A stretch of 62,471 nt of DNA, filler included. It is 7 parts of 7 records of this genome, joined end to end, with 100 filler letters (N's around TTAATTAATTAA, not from the genome) between each part and the next. Parts side by side here need not be neighbours in the genome. Positions count along the whole stretch, not along the records: positions 30,661 to 37,967 come from SRR20825010_2784; positions 38,068 to 62,471 come from SRR20825010_2789; 5 more parts are not named here. One strand, written 5' to 3'. The position numbers were made by a program, and so were the translations under genes. Shown one piece after another: positions 30,661 to 39,120 of the stretch. The notes under the pieces were generated by a model. That model was given only the letters and a program-made list of their open reading frames with translations. It did no database searches and had not been told where the DNA came from. Position 1 is the first letter of the stretch. The number at the start of each line of letters is the position of its first letter.

Positions 30661-32453
30661 GCATAGTTCATCGTGTCCAACCCCTCATTTCGCCGGGTCG
30701 GCTCCACCACATCCCACCGACTGACCATCACCCCGGCGGGGTTGCGCTTCAGGGTGCGCACCTCTGACGTGATCTGGCGGAAATACTCATCCCCCAACCC
30801 GCGCGCAAAATGCACAAAGCCGCGCTCCAGCGGATCATCCTTCTCCAGCCAGGCGTAGAAGTCCGCCTTGAGCTGCGACACGTTCAGCATGAACGCCCGC
30901 TTCTGCGCGCGCTTGGCGCGACCGTCGTTGCGGCGTTCGAACTTCTGCGGCGCCATCACCGGCCCGGTCTGGGTCGACGCCCCCTTGACGATGATCACGC
31001 GCGACCACGGCCAGCGCTTGGAATAGGCCCAGACCGCCTCGGTATAGGTGCCGCCGTCGATGGCCATCATGTCCAAAGGCAACCGCCACCCGCGCTCGGT
31101 CCGCCATGTCGTCTTCAGCAGTGCATCCAGCGCCGCGCGACCCTCTGCACTGTCGATGTGATGCGGGATCACGATGTAGTCGACCGCCCACCGCTGATAG
31201 TTCGCGCCAAAGGCGGTGATGTGGACCTCGGTCCGGTCCAACTGGCAATCGACACCCGCGGTCAGGATCACCCCATGTGCCGGCACGATGCCGCGCGGCA
31301 GACCTTCGCCCTCCGGTGCATTCTCTACCCGGTCGCGCAACGCCTCCCAGTCCGGACCCTTACTCGCCTGCTCATATGGCAACCCCAGAACATCGTTCCA
31401 GAATGTCTGCTCTGTCTCGGCCTCGACCTGCTCTCGCAGCGCCTCTTCCGTATCGCCGGACAGGCTCAGCGCTCCCCACCCCATGACCCGCGCATACTCG
31501 ACGGCAATCGACGCCCAGTCGCGTTGTGGAGCATAGGCGCGCCAAAGGTGAAAGCCGGGATGATCACCGCCCGGATTGGTCGGCACCCACCGTCCGGCGC
31601 CAACGATCCTCTCCTTGTCGGCGTGCCGGATCTCTGCACCGCAGTCGTCGCAACTGAAACAGGCCGCATGCAACCGCTCCGGATTCAGGTTGCGCAGAAA
31701 GTTGGGCCAGGTCAGCGGTGCCATGTGGCCGCAATGCGGACAGGGCACGTTGTACAGCCGCCGGTCGCTGCGATCGTAGGACCTGCTGATCCGGCAGGTT
31801 CCCTTGATCAAGGGCGTGGACACCCGCAGAAACTTGGCATCCTCAAAGCTGGCCGCCCGGCTGGCCGCCATGGTCTCTGGATCGCCCTTGGCGGTCATCT
31901 CGAACTTGGACAGATCGTCCAGGATCACCAACCGCCGCGTGGTTCCCGCCAGATCATCCGGAGATCCGGCAGAGGCGATCTTCAGCGACCCGTTGCGCGC
32001 CAATGTCTCCTGATTGAACTTGGCATCCTTCTGGTCGCCACCACGCCCGTCGCCAAATATCTCGCGCAGGCTGGGCGCTTGCCGCCGCATCGGCAGCCAC
32101 TTGTTGTCCACCCATTCGGTTGCCGAACTGGTGGTCGGGTGAACCACCAGGCTATCGACCGGCCCGTATTCGTGCCACGCCCCGACGGTCGGGTTGATGA
32201 TCGACACCGTTTTGCCCCACTGCGCCGATCCGCGCACCGTCACCTCGCGCGCTGGATGTTCCGGGCTCAGCACTTCGTGGATCTCCCTCAGAAAGGGGAA
32301 CCGCTCGATCCGGAACGGCCCCGGCATCGGCGACCGCGCATCAAACACGATGTTTTCCTCGCACCAGCGAGTGATGTCCGGCGGCGGTGGCGGCGCGATG
32401 GCCTGCGCCAATGCCTGCGCGATGACCGATTCCGCCGAGGTCAGGAACCCCAT
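30661..32453 (-). CDS. Phage terminase large subunit, lambda GpA family (3' end cut)
   Basis: SAQWGKT Walker A, ILDDLSK Walker B, VSTP, CPHC/CDDC, TFWNDVLGLPY, AGVDCQ, RRNEGLD. Confidence 0.93.
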
Positions 32454-32454
32454 G

Positions 32455-33087
32455 TCAGAAATCCGTCTCCGTTTCCTTCTCTGACATTGGCGCGGCTTGC
32501 GCCGCCTCCGTCAGTGCCTCGGACCGTGTCCCGCGATGCCCGCGCCACTGATCCATCAGCTTTGCCCGGACCTCCAGATAGTCGACGCCGAACTGATCAG
32601 CGATGGCCCGCGCCGCTTCACGCAACATCGTCTCGATTTGCGCAATCTCCAGAGCCATCATCCGCGCCGCTTCCTGCCGCGCGCTGCTGGCGAGAACGTA
32701 CTGGCCTTCGGCCTCGGCATTCTGGCGGCGCAACTTGCGCGCCTCTTCCTCGGCCTTCTGCGTCCGGGCCATCTCGTACCGGTCCGGATCGCGGCCATCC
32801 AGCGGGCGCGATTCCCGATCTGGCGTTGCCTCGGACGATGGCAGCGTTGCCGGCTGATCATCTGCCAGATCGCGGAGACGTTTCCGGGTGCCAGCCCCGT
32901 TCCCCATCATCTGGCCGGGGTCCAACCGCCGCCCCAATGCCTCTGCGCAGGCCGAAAGATCAAAACGGCGCGCCCGACCGCTGCCCTGAAAGCAGCCGTC
33001 CAGCTTGCCCGAGCTGACCAACTGACTGATCCGGCCTTTGCTCAACTCAAGTTGCGCCGCCAACTCCGTCGTCGTCAGTCCTGCCAT
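32455..33087 (-). CDS. Terminase small subunit (Nu1-like)
   Basis: N-terminal wHTH TTTELAAQLELSKGRISQLV, coiled coil, directly before terL. Confidence 0.75.
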   Translation of the reverse strand: MAGLTTTELAAQLELSKGRISQLVSSGKLDGCFQGSGRARRFDLSACAEALGRRLDPGQMMGNGAGTRKRLRDLADDQPATLPSSEATPDRESRPLDGRDPDRYEMARTQKAEEEARKLRRQNAEAEGQYVLASSARQEAARMMALEIAQIETMLREAARAIADQFGVDYLEVRAKLMDQWRGHRGTRSEALTEAAQAAPMSEKETETDF

Positions 33088-33102
33088 GCCTCACTGCCCA
33101 AC

Positions 33103-33215
33103 CTAAACCCGCGCCCCCGCTAAACGAGGTCACAGTTTAGGCTTCCTTTTTCGTTTACTCCCACCAATCCCCCGCGCTTAGCCGCACCGTATACGGATTC
33201 CTGCCGGAAGGACCC
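33103..33215 (-). other. Lambda-like cos packaging site (cosQ, cosN, cosB-like repeats)
   Basis: Minus strand GGGTCCT (33209-33215), TACG-GTGCGGCTAAG-CGCGGG, then four (C/G)TAAAC repeats just before terS. Confidence 0.7.
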
Positions 33216-33313
33216 GAATCACCCGCCATTTCGCCGCCACTCTCGCGTCAAGGGGAAATCGTTGGATCAATGCGTTTTTTCACACCCCGGTCCAAAGGCC
33301 ATGGTCGAGATCG

Positions 33314-33351
33314 AAACGCAAAGCGCCCGGCGGCATCTCTGCCCCGGGCGC
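33314..33351 (-). terminator. tR'-like terminator after putative late promoter
   Basis: GCGCCCGG...CCGGGCGC stem followed by TTTGCGTTT on the minus strand. Confidence 0.6.
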
Positions 33352-33367
33352 ACTTCGGTTCGACAGC

Positions 33368-33397
33368 ACAATGTCAACATCAGCGGGTTTCAGTCAA
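33368..33397 (-). promoter_or_regulatory. Putative pR'-like late promoter
   Basis: TTGACT-N18-CATTGT overlapping the upstream gene stop, directly before the terminator. Confidence 0.45.
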
Positions 33398-34089
33398 CCC
33401 CCTTTCTTCCACGGCTCCATTGATGGCATCGCCGCAGAGACCACGAACAGGTCCAGATCCACGCCCCGCAGCCCCGCCATCACCGCCAGCAACGCGCCCC
33501 ACCAGTCCAGGTATCCACGCCGCGCCGCAGCCACACGCGATGCCGAGGGCTCCACGCTCACTGGGCAAACCGTCACCGCCTTGCGCACTTCTCCCCTGCG
33601 AGTGGCATAGCGCACTTCACCTATCTGCTCTGTCTTGGCCAGCCGCCGTCCTTGGTTCGCCCCACGCCAACCCACCGGCACCATCCGCTGCGGGCCCAGA
33701 TCCCACTGCGGCACGCGGGCCATGCGCGCCATCTCTGCCACCTGCACCGCAGTCGACCACGGCACCGAATGGCGCAGGACGGTGGCCACCATCTCGGCGT
33801 CGTGATGCGGCAGACTGCGCCCGCCCGAGGCATCGACCCGCAGGCACGTCCCCGGGGCACCAGTGCTGATCGCCATCGCTTCCATGATCCGCCGCGTTGA
33901 ATCGACGTAGGCCGCCCCGCCACCGACCTCATCGAAATCCAGCGAGGCTTTCTCGCGCGCGAACGCCCACTCCAACAGCAGGCGCACGCTGACAATCTCG
34001 CGCCCGTCCTCAGCCAGCGGCTGGCCGCAGCGACCGACGCCCTCTGGACGGACCGAGGCCCGCGCACTCTGCACCTGACGGGCCATCAT
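33394..34089 (-). CDS. Phage hypothetical protein, candidate late regulator (in the position of Q)
   Basis: 231-aa ORF with ATGA coupling; last gene before promoter, terminator and cos. Confidence 0.6.
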   Translation of the reverse strand: MMARQVQSARASVRPEGVGRCGQPLAEDGREIVSVRLLLEWAFAREKASLDFDEVGGGAAYVDSTRRIMEAMAISTGAPGTCLRVDASGGRSLPHHDAEMVATVLRHSVPWSTAVQVAEMARMARVPQWDLGPQRMVPVGWRGANQGRRLAKTEQIGEVRYATRRGEVRKAVTVCPVSVEPSASRVAAARRGYLDWWGALLAVMAGLRGVDLDLFVVSAAMPSMEPWKKGG

Positions 34090-34667
34090 GCAGCCTCTCC
34101 CCGCTTGCCCGCCTCGACCAGCGCCAGCGCCCGCGCCTCCAGCGCCTCGTACCAAGGCAGCCAGCGGGCGTCGTCAAAGACTGGCGGGCGCCCGGCATCC
34201 CGATTGCCCCGCGCGCGGGTGCGGTCATGGCGGAACTCCGCAGCCTGCTCCTCAACCCCGTGCTTGTCGCCGCGCGTCATGGGCGGGCGCTTCATCCGCT
34301 GCCAGAACAGGAACTCCGCCACCAGCCGATCCGCCAACAGCGCCTCTGCCCCAGCGGCACTGGCGAACCATGACGCAACGCCAGGCGCATCCTCCAACGG
34401 GCGGGGCTGGGCGATCTCGGCAAAGGCGATGAAGGTGGCGCGCTCTGGCCAAAAGCAGCGCGACCCGCCCTCACCCTTGCTGCGCAACGCCCCGATCACG
34501 CGGCGCAGGTTCTCTGGCGTCAGATAGACCAGATCATCACAAATCCGGTCCAACTTCTTGCGCGCCACGTCCTCTGCGGTGCCCTTCGGGAACCGGAACC
34601 CCAATCCCGTCACCAACGCCTGACGCACCCGTCCCCGCTGGCTGTCGGTCTCTTCGCTGCCTGTCAT
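34086..34667 (-). CDS. Phage hypothetical protein, replication-associated
   Basis: 193 aa from ATG 34667 with a purine-rich RBS (frame is open to 34814); follows the origin-like tract. Confidence 0.65.
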   Translation of the reverse strand: MTGSEETDSQRGRVRQALVTGLGFRFPKGTAEDVARKKLDRICDDLVYLTPENLRRVIGALRSKGEGGSRCFWPERATFIAFAEIAQPRPLEDAPGVASWFASAAGAEALLADRLVAEFLFWQRMKRPPMTRGDKHGVEEQAAEFRHDRTRARGNRDAGRPPVFDDARWLPWYEALEARALALVEAGKRGEAA

Positions 34668-34698
34668 CACCTTGCCCTCTTTCATTGCCCTTGCCGAC

Positions 34699-34840
34699 TT
34701 ATCCACAGGCGATCCCGTGTCGTTTCGTGTGTCTTCTCTTCTCTGTTCTTCTCTGTTCTTCTCTGTGCAGCACTGTGCAGTTTCGTGCGGTTCTGTGGCG
34801 GTGTGTGTCGGCACGCGTGCAACATGTGTTCGACGTGTTC
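34699..34840. other. Candidate phage replication origin
   Basis: Perfect DnaA box TTATCCACA at 34699-34707, pyrimidine tract and 10-bp periodic repeats at 34741-34810. Confidence 0.6.
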
Positions 34841-34861
34841 GCGCCGATTTCCCCTTTGTTT

Positions 34862-35497
34862 TCAGCGCCCCGCGTTCAACACCCCCGCGCTGGCCGCTGC
34901 TGTCATCGCACGCCCCAACGACGCATCGATCTGCGGACGCTGCCGCCTGCCGCGATGGTTCTCCTGCAACCAGTCATCCAGCCAGCCCACCAGCCGGTCG
35001 TCCTTGCACACGGCCTCGCTGCAGTTCAGCTCACGCATCAGCACGACCAGCCGCCGCCGCCGCTCGCGCACCGCACGTTCCTCATTGCTGGCCTTGCGCG
35101 CTTCGCGCCGGTCCAGCGCGTCCAGCGCCACCTCGATGACCACCGGATGGCCCAGCACCACCTCATCGTCGGCCATGTATTCGGTCCAGTGATGCAGAGG
35201 CGTGATCGGCTCGGCCATCATCCGCGACCAATCCGAATCCGACACCCGCAACAGCCGCGCTAGATCGCCGTGATCAGCTGGCAAAGAGCCGACTGGCGTC
35301 TGCTTGCGCGCATAGAAGAACAGGTTCAGCATCGCGCCCTGCACCGCCATCGATGCGCGCAGGTGCGCCCGGCTGGACAACCAGCGGTCATGCCAGAACT
35401 TGGTGAAATAGTCCGAGGTCAGCGACGGATCGCGCAGCGCGTCTGGATAGTCCGGCAGGTCGCTCGGATCGATGGTGCGCAAATGCAACGGCATCAT
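34862..35497 (-). CDS. Phage replication initiator-like protein (DUF1376/YdaU-like N-terminus)
   Basis: YFTKFWHDRWLSS...GAMLNLFFYARKQTPVGSLPADHGDLARLL, followed by Arg-rich coil. Confidence 0.6.
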   Translation of the reverse strand: MMPLHLRTIDPSDLPDYPDALRDPSLTSDYFTKFWHDRWLSSRAHLRASMAVQGAMLNLFFYARKQTPVGSLPADHGDLARLLRVSDSDWSRMMAEPITPLHHWTEYMADDEVVLGHPVVIEVALDALDRREARKASNEERAVRERRRRLVVLMRELNCSEAVCKDDRLVGWLDDWLQENHRGRRQRPQIDASLGRAMTAAASAGVLNAGR

Positions 35498-35775
35498 GAT
35501 GCTGCCCTCCGGATCTGCACCGTCCAATACGCCGACAGGCCCGTCGCCAATTGATAGCGCGCCGCGGCAAAGGCCATCTCATCCCCCGCCAAGCGCGCAT
35601 CCATCACGCGGTGGCAGCAGTCCCAAACCGGTCGCAGGATGTCACCGGACGCAGGCTGCGCGACGGCATCCATGCCGTCCGACAGCGCCATGATCTGATC
35701 GGCGCAGGACGTCATGCCGCCGCGCGACAGGGCCAGCACCGTGGCACAGCAAACCAGATGCGCACGCGGGGTCAT
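35494..35775 (-). CDS. Phage hypothetical protein (93 aa)
   Basis: ATGA overlaps at both ends; GAGGT RBS. Confidence 0.65.
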   Translation of the reverse strand: MTPRAHLVCCATVLALSRGGMTSCADQIMALSDGMDAVAQPASGDILRPVWDCCHRVMDARLAGDEMAFAAARYQLATGLSAYWTVQIRRAAS

Positions 35776-36020
35776 ACCTCACCCCCCGTTTCCACCATGA
35801 ACGCCGCCAGATGGTCCGCCAGATCCCGCAACCCCTCGGGCGTCAGATTGTCCGCCCCGCCGATCAGCCCGCTGACCAGCGGCTTGTCCGCGTTCGGGTG
35901 ACCCTCGGGCGGGTACAGCCCCCAGGACCGCGACCCGCCAAATGACGACAGCCGCATCCGCAGATGGCCAAACGGCAGCGTGACGCGCAGCGTGACGCGC
36001 AACGAGGCAGGCGCGCTCAT
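35772..36020 (-). CDS. Phage hypothetical protein (82 aa)
   Basis: MSAPASLRV... with ATGA overlaps at both ends. Confidence 0.6.
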   Translation of the reverse strand: MSAPASLRVTLRVTLPFGHLRMRLSSFGGSRSWGLYPPEGHPNADKPLVSGLIGGADNLTPEGLRDLADHLAAFMVETGGEV

Positions 36021-36253
36021 TGCGCCCACCAACGCGGCAGCATGCCACCATCCCGGTTGGCCTTGCGGCGGCACTGGTCCGGGTTTTTCGGGTCCGGGCG
36101 GGAATAGCGCGTGCGCAACCCTGCCACCTGCCCGCGCGTCAGGCCATAGCGCCCCTGCGCCACCGAACTGCGCTGGGTGACCACCACATCCAGCATCTCC
36201 AGAAACCGCAGATCCCCGGCGCGGGTGTCGGGATAGTCGCCCAGAGACGTCAT
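36017..36253 (-). CDS. Small phage protein with possible GcrA-like HTH (78 aa)
   Basis: GRYGLTRGQVAGLRTR resembles a recognition helix; ATGA coupling. Confidence 0.55.
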   Translation of the reverse strand: MTSLGDYPDTRAGDLRFLEMLDVVVTQRSSVAQGRYGLTRGQVAGLRTRYSRPDPKNPDQCRRKANRDGGMLPRWWAQ

Positions 36254-37050
36254 GCCCGCACCTGGTGCCAGATGGCCTCGACCGTGCGGATCGGGACCGT
36301 ATGCGTATCGGCGACCGACGCCAGCTTGCGATAGACGCCTTTGCGTCCCACACCCGCCACGGCCTGCACCAGATCGGCGCCATGGCGGCCCACCAGCCGT
36401 GCGATCACACCGTCGCGGCGGTCGATGGCTGGCATCCCATCCGCGCCCTGTCGCGCAACCAGCGCCACGGGGCGCGCTGCGCGGGGGGCAGACATCCGCA
36501 CCCGGGGCAACCGCTCCGCCGCAGCAGACGCCGGGGCCGCCGGGGCCACCTCTGGCGTCCCATTTGGCGCACTGGAGGCGCAGGCCGTCGACCGCGCACT
36601 TTCCGCCAACCGCCCCTGTTTCCGCAGCTTGCGCACGCGCTTGTTCACGGCACTTGGCCACACGCCCAATTCCGACGCGATGTCCTTTTGCGTCCATCCC
36701 GCCTGCATCATCTCGATCACCATCTCATCAACCGGCGACAGCACGCCCGCGCGCGACGCTCGGATCGAAATGCGGTGCCGCGCGGCGGCGTGGCGGACGG
36801 CCCCCTGCGCGACGCCCAGTTCTTCCGCAATCTCCGCCGCCGCCCAGCCAGAGCCAGCCCGCATCCGCAGGTGGTCCAACGTCTCCTGGCTCCAGCGAAA
36901 CTGCGCGAAATTCGCAGACAGCCCCAGACTGCGCCGATGGTTGCCCACGGTCTGCGCCGACACGCCACACCGCGCTGCGATCTGCCGGTCGTTCAGCCCT
37001 TCATCGTAAAGACGGCGGAACACCGCCCGATCCATGACCAATCGTGACAT
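36250..37050 (-). CDS. Phage protein with several tandem HTH motifs
   Basis: GLNDRQIAARCGVSAQTV, GWAAAEIAEELGVAQGAV, GWTQKDIASELGVWPSAV; GGAGG RBS. Confidence 0.75.
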   Translation of the reverse strand: MSRLVMDRAVFRRLYDEGLNDRQIAARCGVSAQTVGNHRRSLGLSANFAQFRWSQETLDHLRMRAGSGWAAAEIAEELGVAQGAVRHAAARHRISIRASRAGVLSPVDEMVIEMMQAGWTQKDIASELGVWPSAVNKRVRKLRKQGRLAESARSTACASSAPNGTPEVAPAAPASAAAERLPRVRMSAPRAARPVALVARQGADGMPAIDRRDGVIARLVGRHGADLVQAVAGVGRKGVYRKLASVADTHTVPIRTVEAIWHQVRA

Positions 37051-37269
37051 CGTCACACCCTCCAGCTTGTCTGTTGTCTGATCCAACGGCCCGTCTGGTG
37101 GGCCACCCCCTGCACTCCCGCGCTTGCCACCGTACTCACGCCCCTCCGACGAAGGCGGCGCGCAGCGCGGGCGGGTTGAGGACAGGCGCAGCCGCCCACC
37201 CAAAAGGTCTCGCCGGAGAAATTGCGCAGGGCCTTTCGGTCCGCCGGACCCCGCAACGACGTCCTGCCC

Positions 37270-37514
37270 CGGACTGCCCGGGTGACCGATCCGCGCTCCG
37301 TGAGCGGTCGGCGGATCTGAAATGGAAAAGGCCCGGCGCGCGGACACACCGCAACGCCGGGCAGTCGGTCACCAACAGGGAATTGGCAGGCTTTGCCCGG
37401 CATGCCAGCGGGGTTCGAAAAACGAAGACCGGACGCGCGCACCAGGGAGGAGGAGGACGGCACACGCGCCCGGCCTATCCCCAGCACCGGGGGGAACAGT
37501 GCGCCGGGGGATAC
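37270..37514 (-). ncRNA. Candidate structured phage RNA module: cuckoo-like hairpin plus sRNA-like unit with terminator
   Basis: Consecutive strong hairpins with C/U-rich loops, including loop UCCUCCUCCUCCC; GC hairpin plus U tract at about 37320-37362. Confidence 0.5.
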
Positions 37515-37522
37515 AAATTTCG

Positions 37523-37594
37523 TCATGACCGCACCGCCGCGATCAGCAGCGCCGCCAAGGCCAGCAAACCCAGAAGGATCGCGCCGTCGCTCAC
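37523..37594 (-). CDS. 23-aa hydrophobic peptide MSDGAILLGLLALAALLIAAVRS
   Basis: GTG overlaps upstream stop (GTGA); GGAGG RBS; one TM helix; below ORF track cut-off. Confidence 0.6.
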   Translation of the reverse strand: MSDGAILLGLLALAALLIAAVRS

Positions 37595-37967
37595 AGCCGA
37601 CCCTCCAGCTTGACCCGCGCGCGGGTCAGCGCGTCGATCGCCTCATCGATCTCGACCACGGCAGAGGCGGCATCCTGCGCGCTGTCCGACTGCTGCGCCG
37701 CAAGGATGGCGGCAACTGCCTCTCCCGTCTCGCGCGCAACCTCCCCCGCATGCACCACCAAATGCGCCGCCGCGCTGTTGCCCTGCGGGTCCAGACGCCG
37801 CGCCATCATCCGCGTGACCGGGAACCGCCCGGCGGCATCCTCTAGCGCACAGACCTCATCGACGGGCCAGCCCTGCAGGCCCGCCAGCCGCTTGGACAGC
37901 GTGCCTTTGGCCACCGCACCGCCCAGCCGCGCGTTGATCGCCTCGGCAGCGGCATCAAGACAGCCAA
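37591..37967 (-). CDS. Phage regulatory CII-like protein (5' end cut)
   Basis: KGTLSKRL HTH, ALEDAAGRFPVTRMMAR, ETGEAVAA...EIDEAI pattern. Confidence 0.6.
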
Positions 37968-38067
37968 NNNNNNNNNNNNNNNNNNNNNNNNNNNNNNNNN
38001 NNNNNNNNNNNTTAATTAATTAANNNNNNNNNNNNNNNNNNNNNNNNNNNNNNNNNNNNNNNNNNNN
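37968..38067. other. Artificial contig linker
   Basis: N-run/TTAATTAATTAA/N-run; GC content drops sharply afterwards. Confidence 0.98.
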
Positions 38068-39113
38068 GTATATACCACCAAGGTGTTCTCGTCCAAGCCG
38101 GTTTCCTCCAAGTAGTCCAAAATCCGTCCTATACCCTCATCAACCGATTTTACGGTGGCTAAATACTCGTGTAGATACCGTTGCCCCTTCCATTTCGCCA
38201 ATTCCTTTCCATGAAGGTCAGCTTCATAAAAGGCATTGTTTTTCGGTAGATAGGCTTCGTCCCAAATTTTTCGTTGTTCTGGGGTCATCCGCTCAAAATC
38301 GGTTGTCCATGGATTATGGGCCAAATCGGTACTTCCGAGACCATCGCTCATTTTTAGATCATGCCCTTCGTACATATCCTTGTATATGGTCTGTTGTTGC
38401 TCGGCAGCCGCAGTTTGATTTTCGAACTCAGGAAAATAGGTATCGGGCAAAGGAAACGTGATGGAATCGTAAACATTTAAATGGCGTAAGGCCGGCATCC
38501 AATTTCGGTGAGGGGCTTTGTGGTGCACCATCAAATAAAAAGGTTTTTGGCCATCTTTTCTTTCTTGAAGCCACTCCAAACTTTTATCAGTGATCAAATC
38601 CGTGGCATAGCCTTCGACCACGGTGGTGTCTTCTCCTTGGATAAATTCAGGATTATAATAGTTCCCTTGATCATTGAGAATATCCCAATAATCAAACCCA
38701 GTTGGTTTGCCATGCAGATGCCATTTGCCGACAATGGCGGTCTCATATCCTAGCTTTTTCAAATGTTTTGGTAAGGTAGGTTGACTGTTGTCAAACCGTT
38801 CACCGTTCATCCGAAACCCGTTGATATGACTGTGTTTTCCTGTCAATATAACCGCTCTACTTGGCCCGCAAATGGAATTGGTACAGAAGTTATTCTGAAA
38901 AATGGCCCCATTCTTGGCAATCCTGTCAATATTTGGGGTCGGAGCTAATTTTCCCAACTCATGGTTATAGGCACTGATAGCCTGATAGGCATGATCATCC
39001 GACATTATAAAAATGATGTTGGGAGGACCTATGGCAAGCTCTTCTTTAGGTTTTTCTTTCTGTTTGCAAGAAACGATAAGGAATAATCCAAGAAGTGTTA
39101 ATCCAATGCGCAT
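38068..39113 (-). CDS. Formylglycine-dependent S1 sulfatase lipoprotein (3' end cut)
   Basis: Lipobox IVSC; MSDDH, CGPSRAVILTG (CxPxR), GKWHL, HKAPHRNW. Confidence 0.9.
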
Positions 39114-39120
39114 AACCAAT

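Larger units (their letters stand above)
30661..37967 (-). mobile_element. Lambdoid (pro)phage segment: early, replication and packaging region
   Basis: Co-oriented overlapping genes from a CII-like regulator through replication and late control to terminase small and large subunits. Confidence 0.9.

Noticed and set aside
30810-33017. 735-aa plus-strand ORF and similar long antisense ORFs (e.g. 20232-21533, 28973-30403, 12361-13407)
   Set aside because: Shadow frames opposite well-supported genes in high-GC DNA, with no recognisable motifs.
34814-34900. Programmed -1 frameshift fusing the initiator-like gene to the next ORF
   Set aside because: The -1 frame is open across the junction, but no slippery heptamer is visible and the downstream gene has its own RBS and ATG.
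5912-38067. Recurring TTAATTAATTAA between N-runs, and gene links across them (e.g. thi operon with TPP-pnuC, cuckoo array with prophage)
   Set aside because: Artificial linkers join contigs from different organisms; co-occurrence in the window is not genomic linkage.
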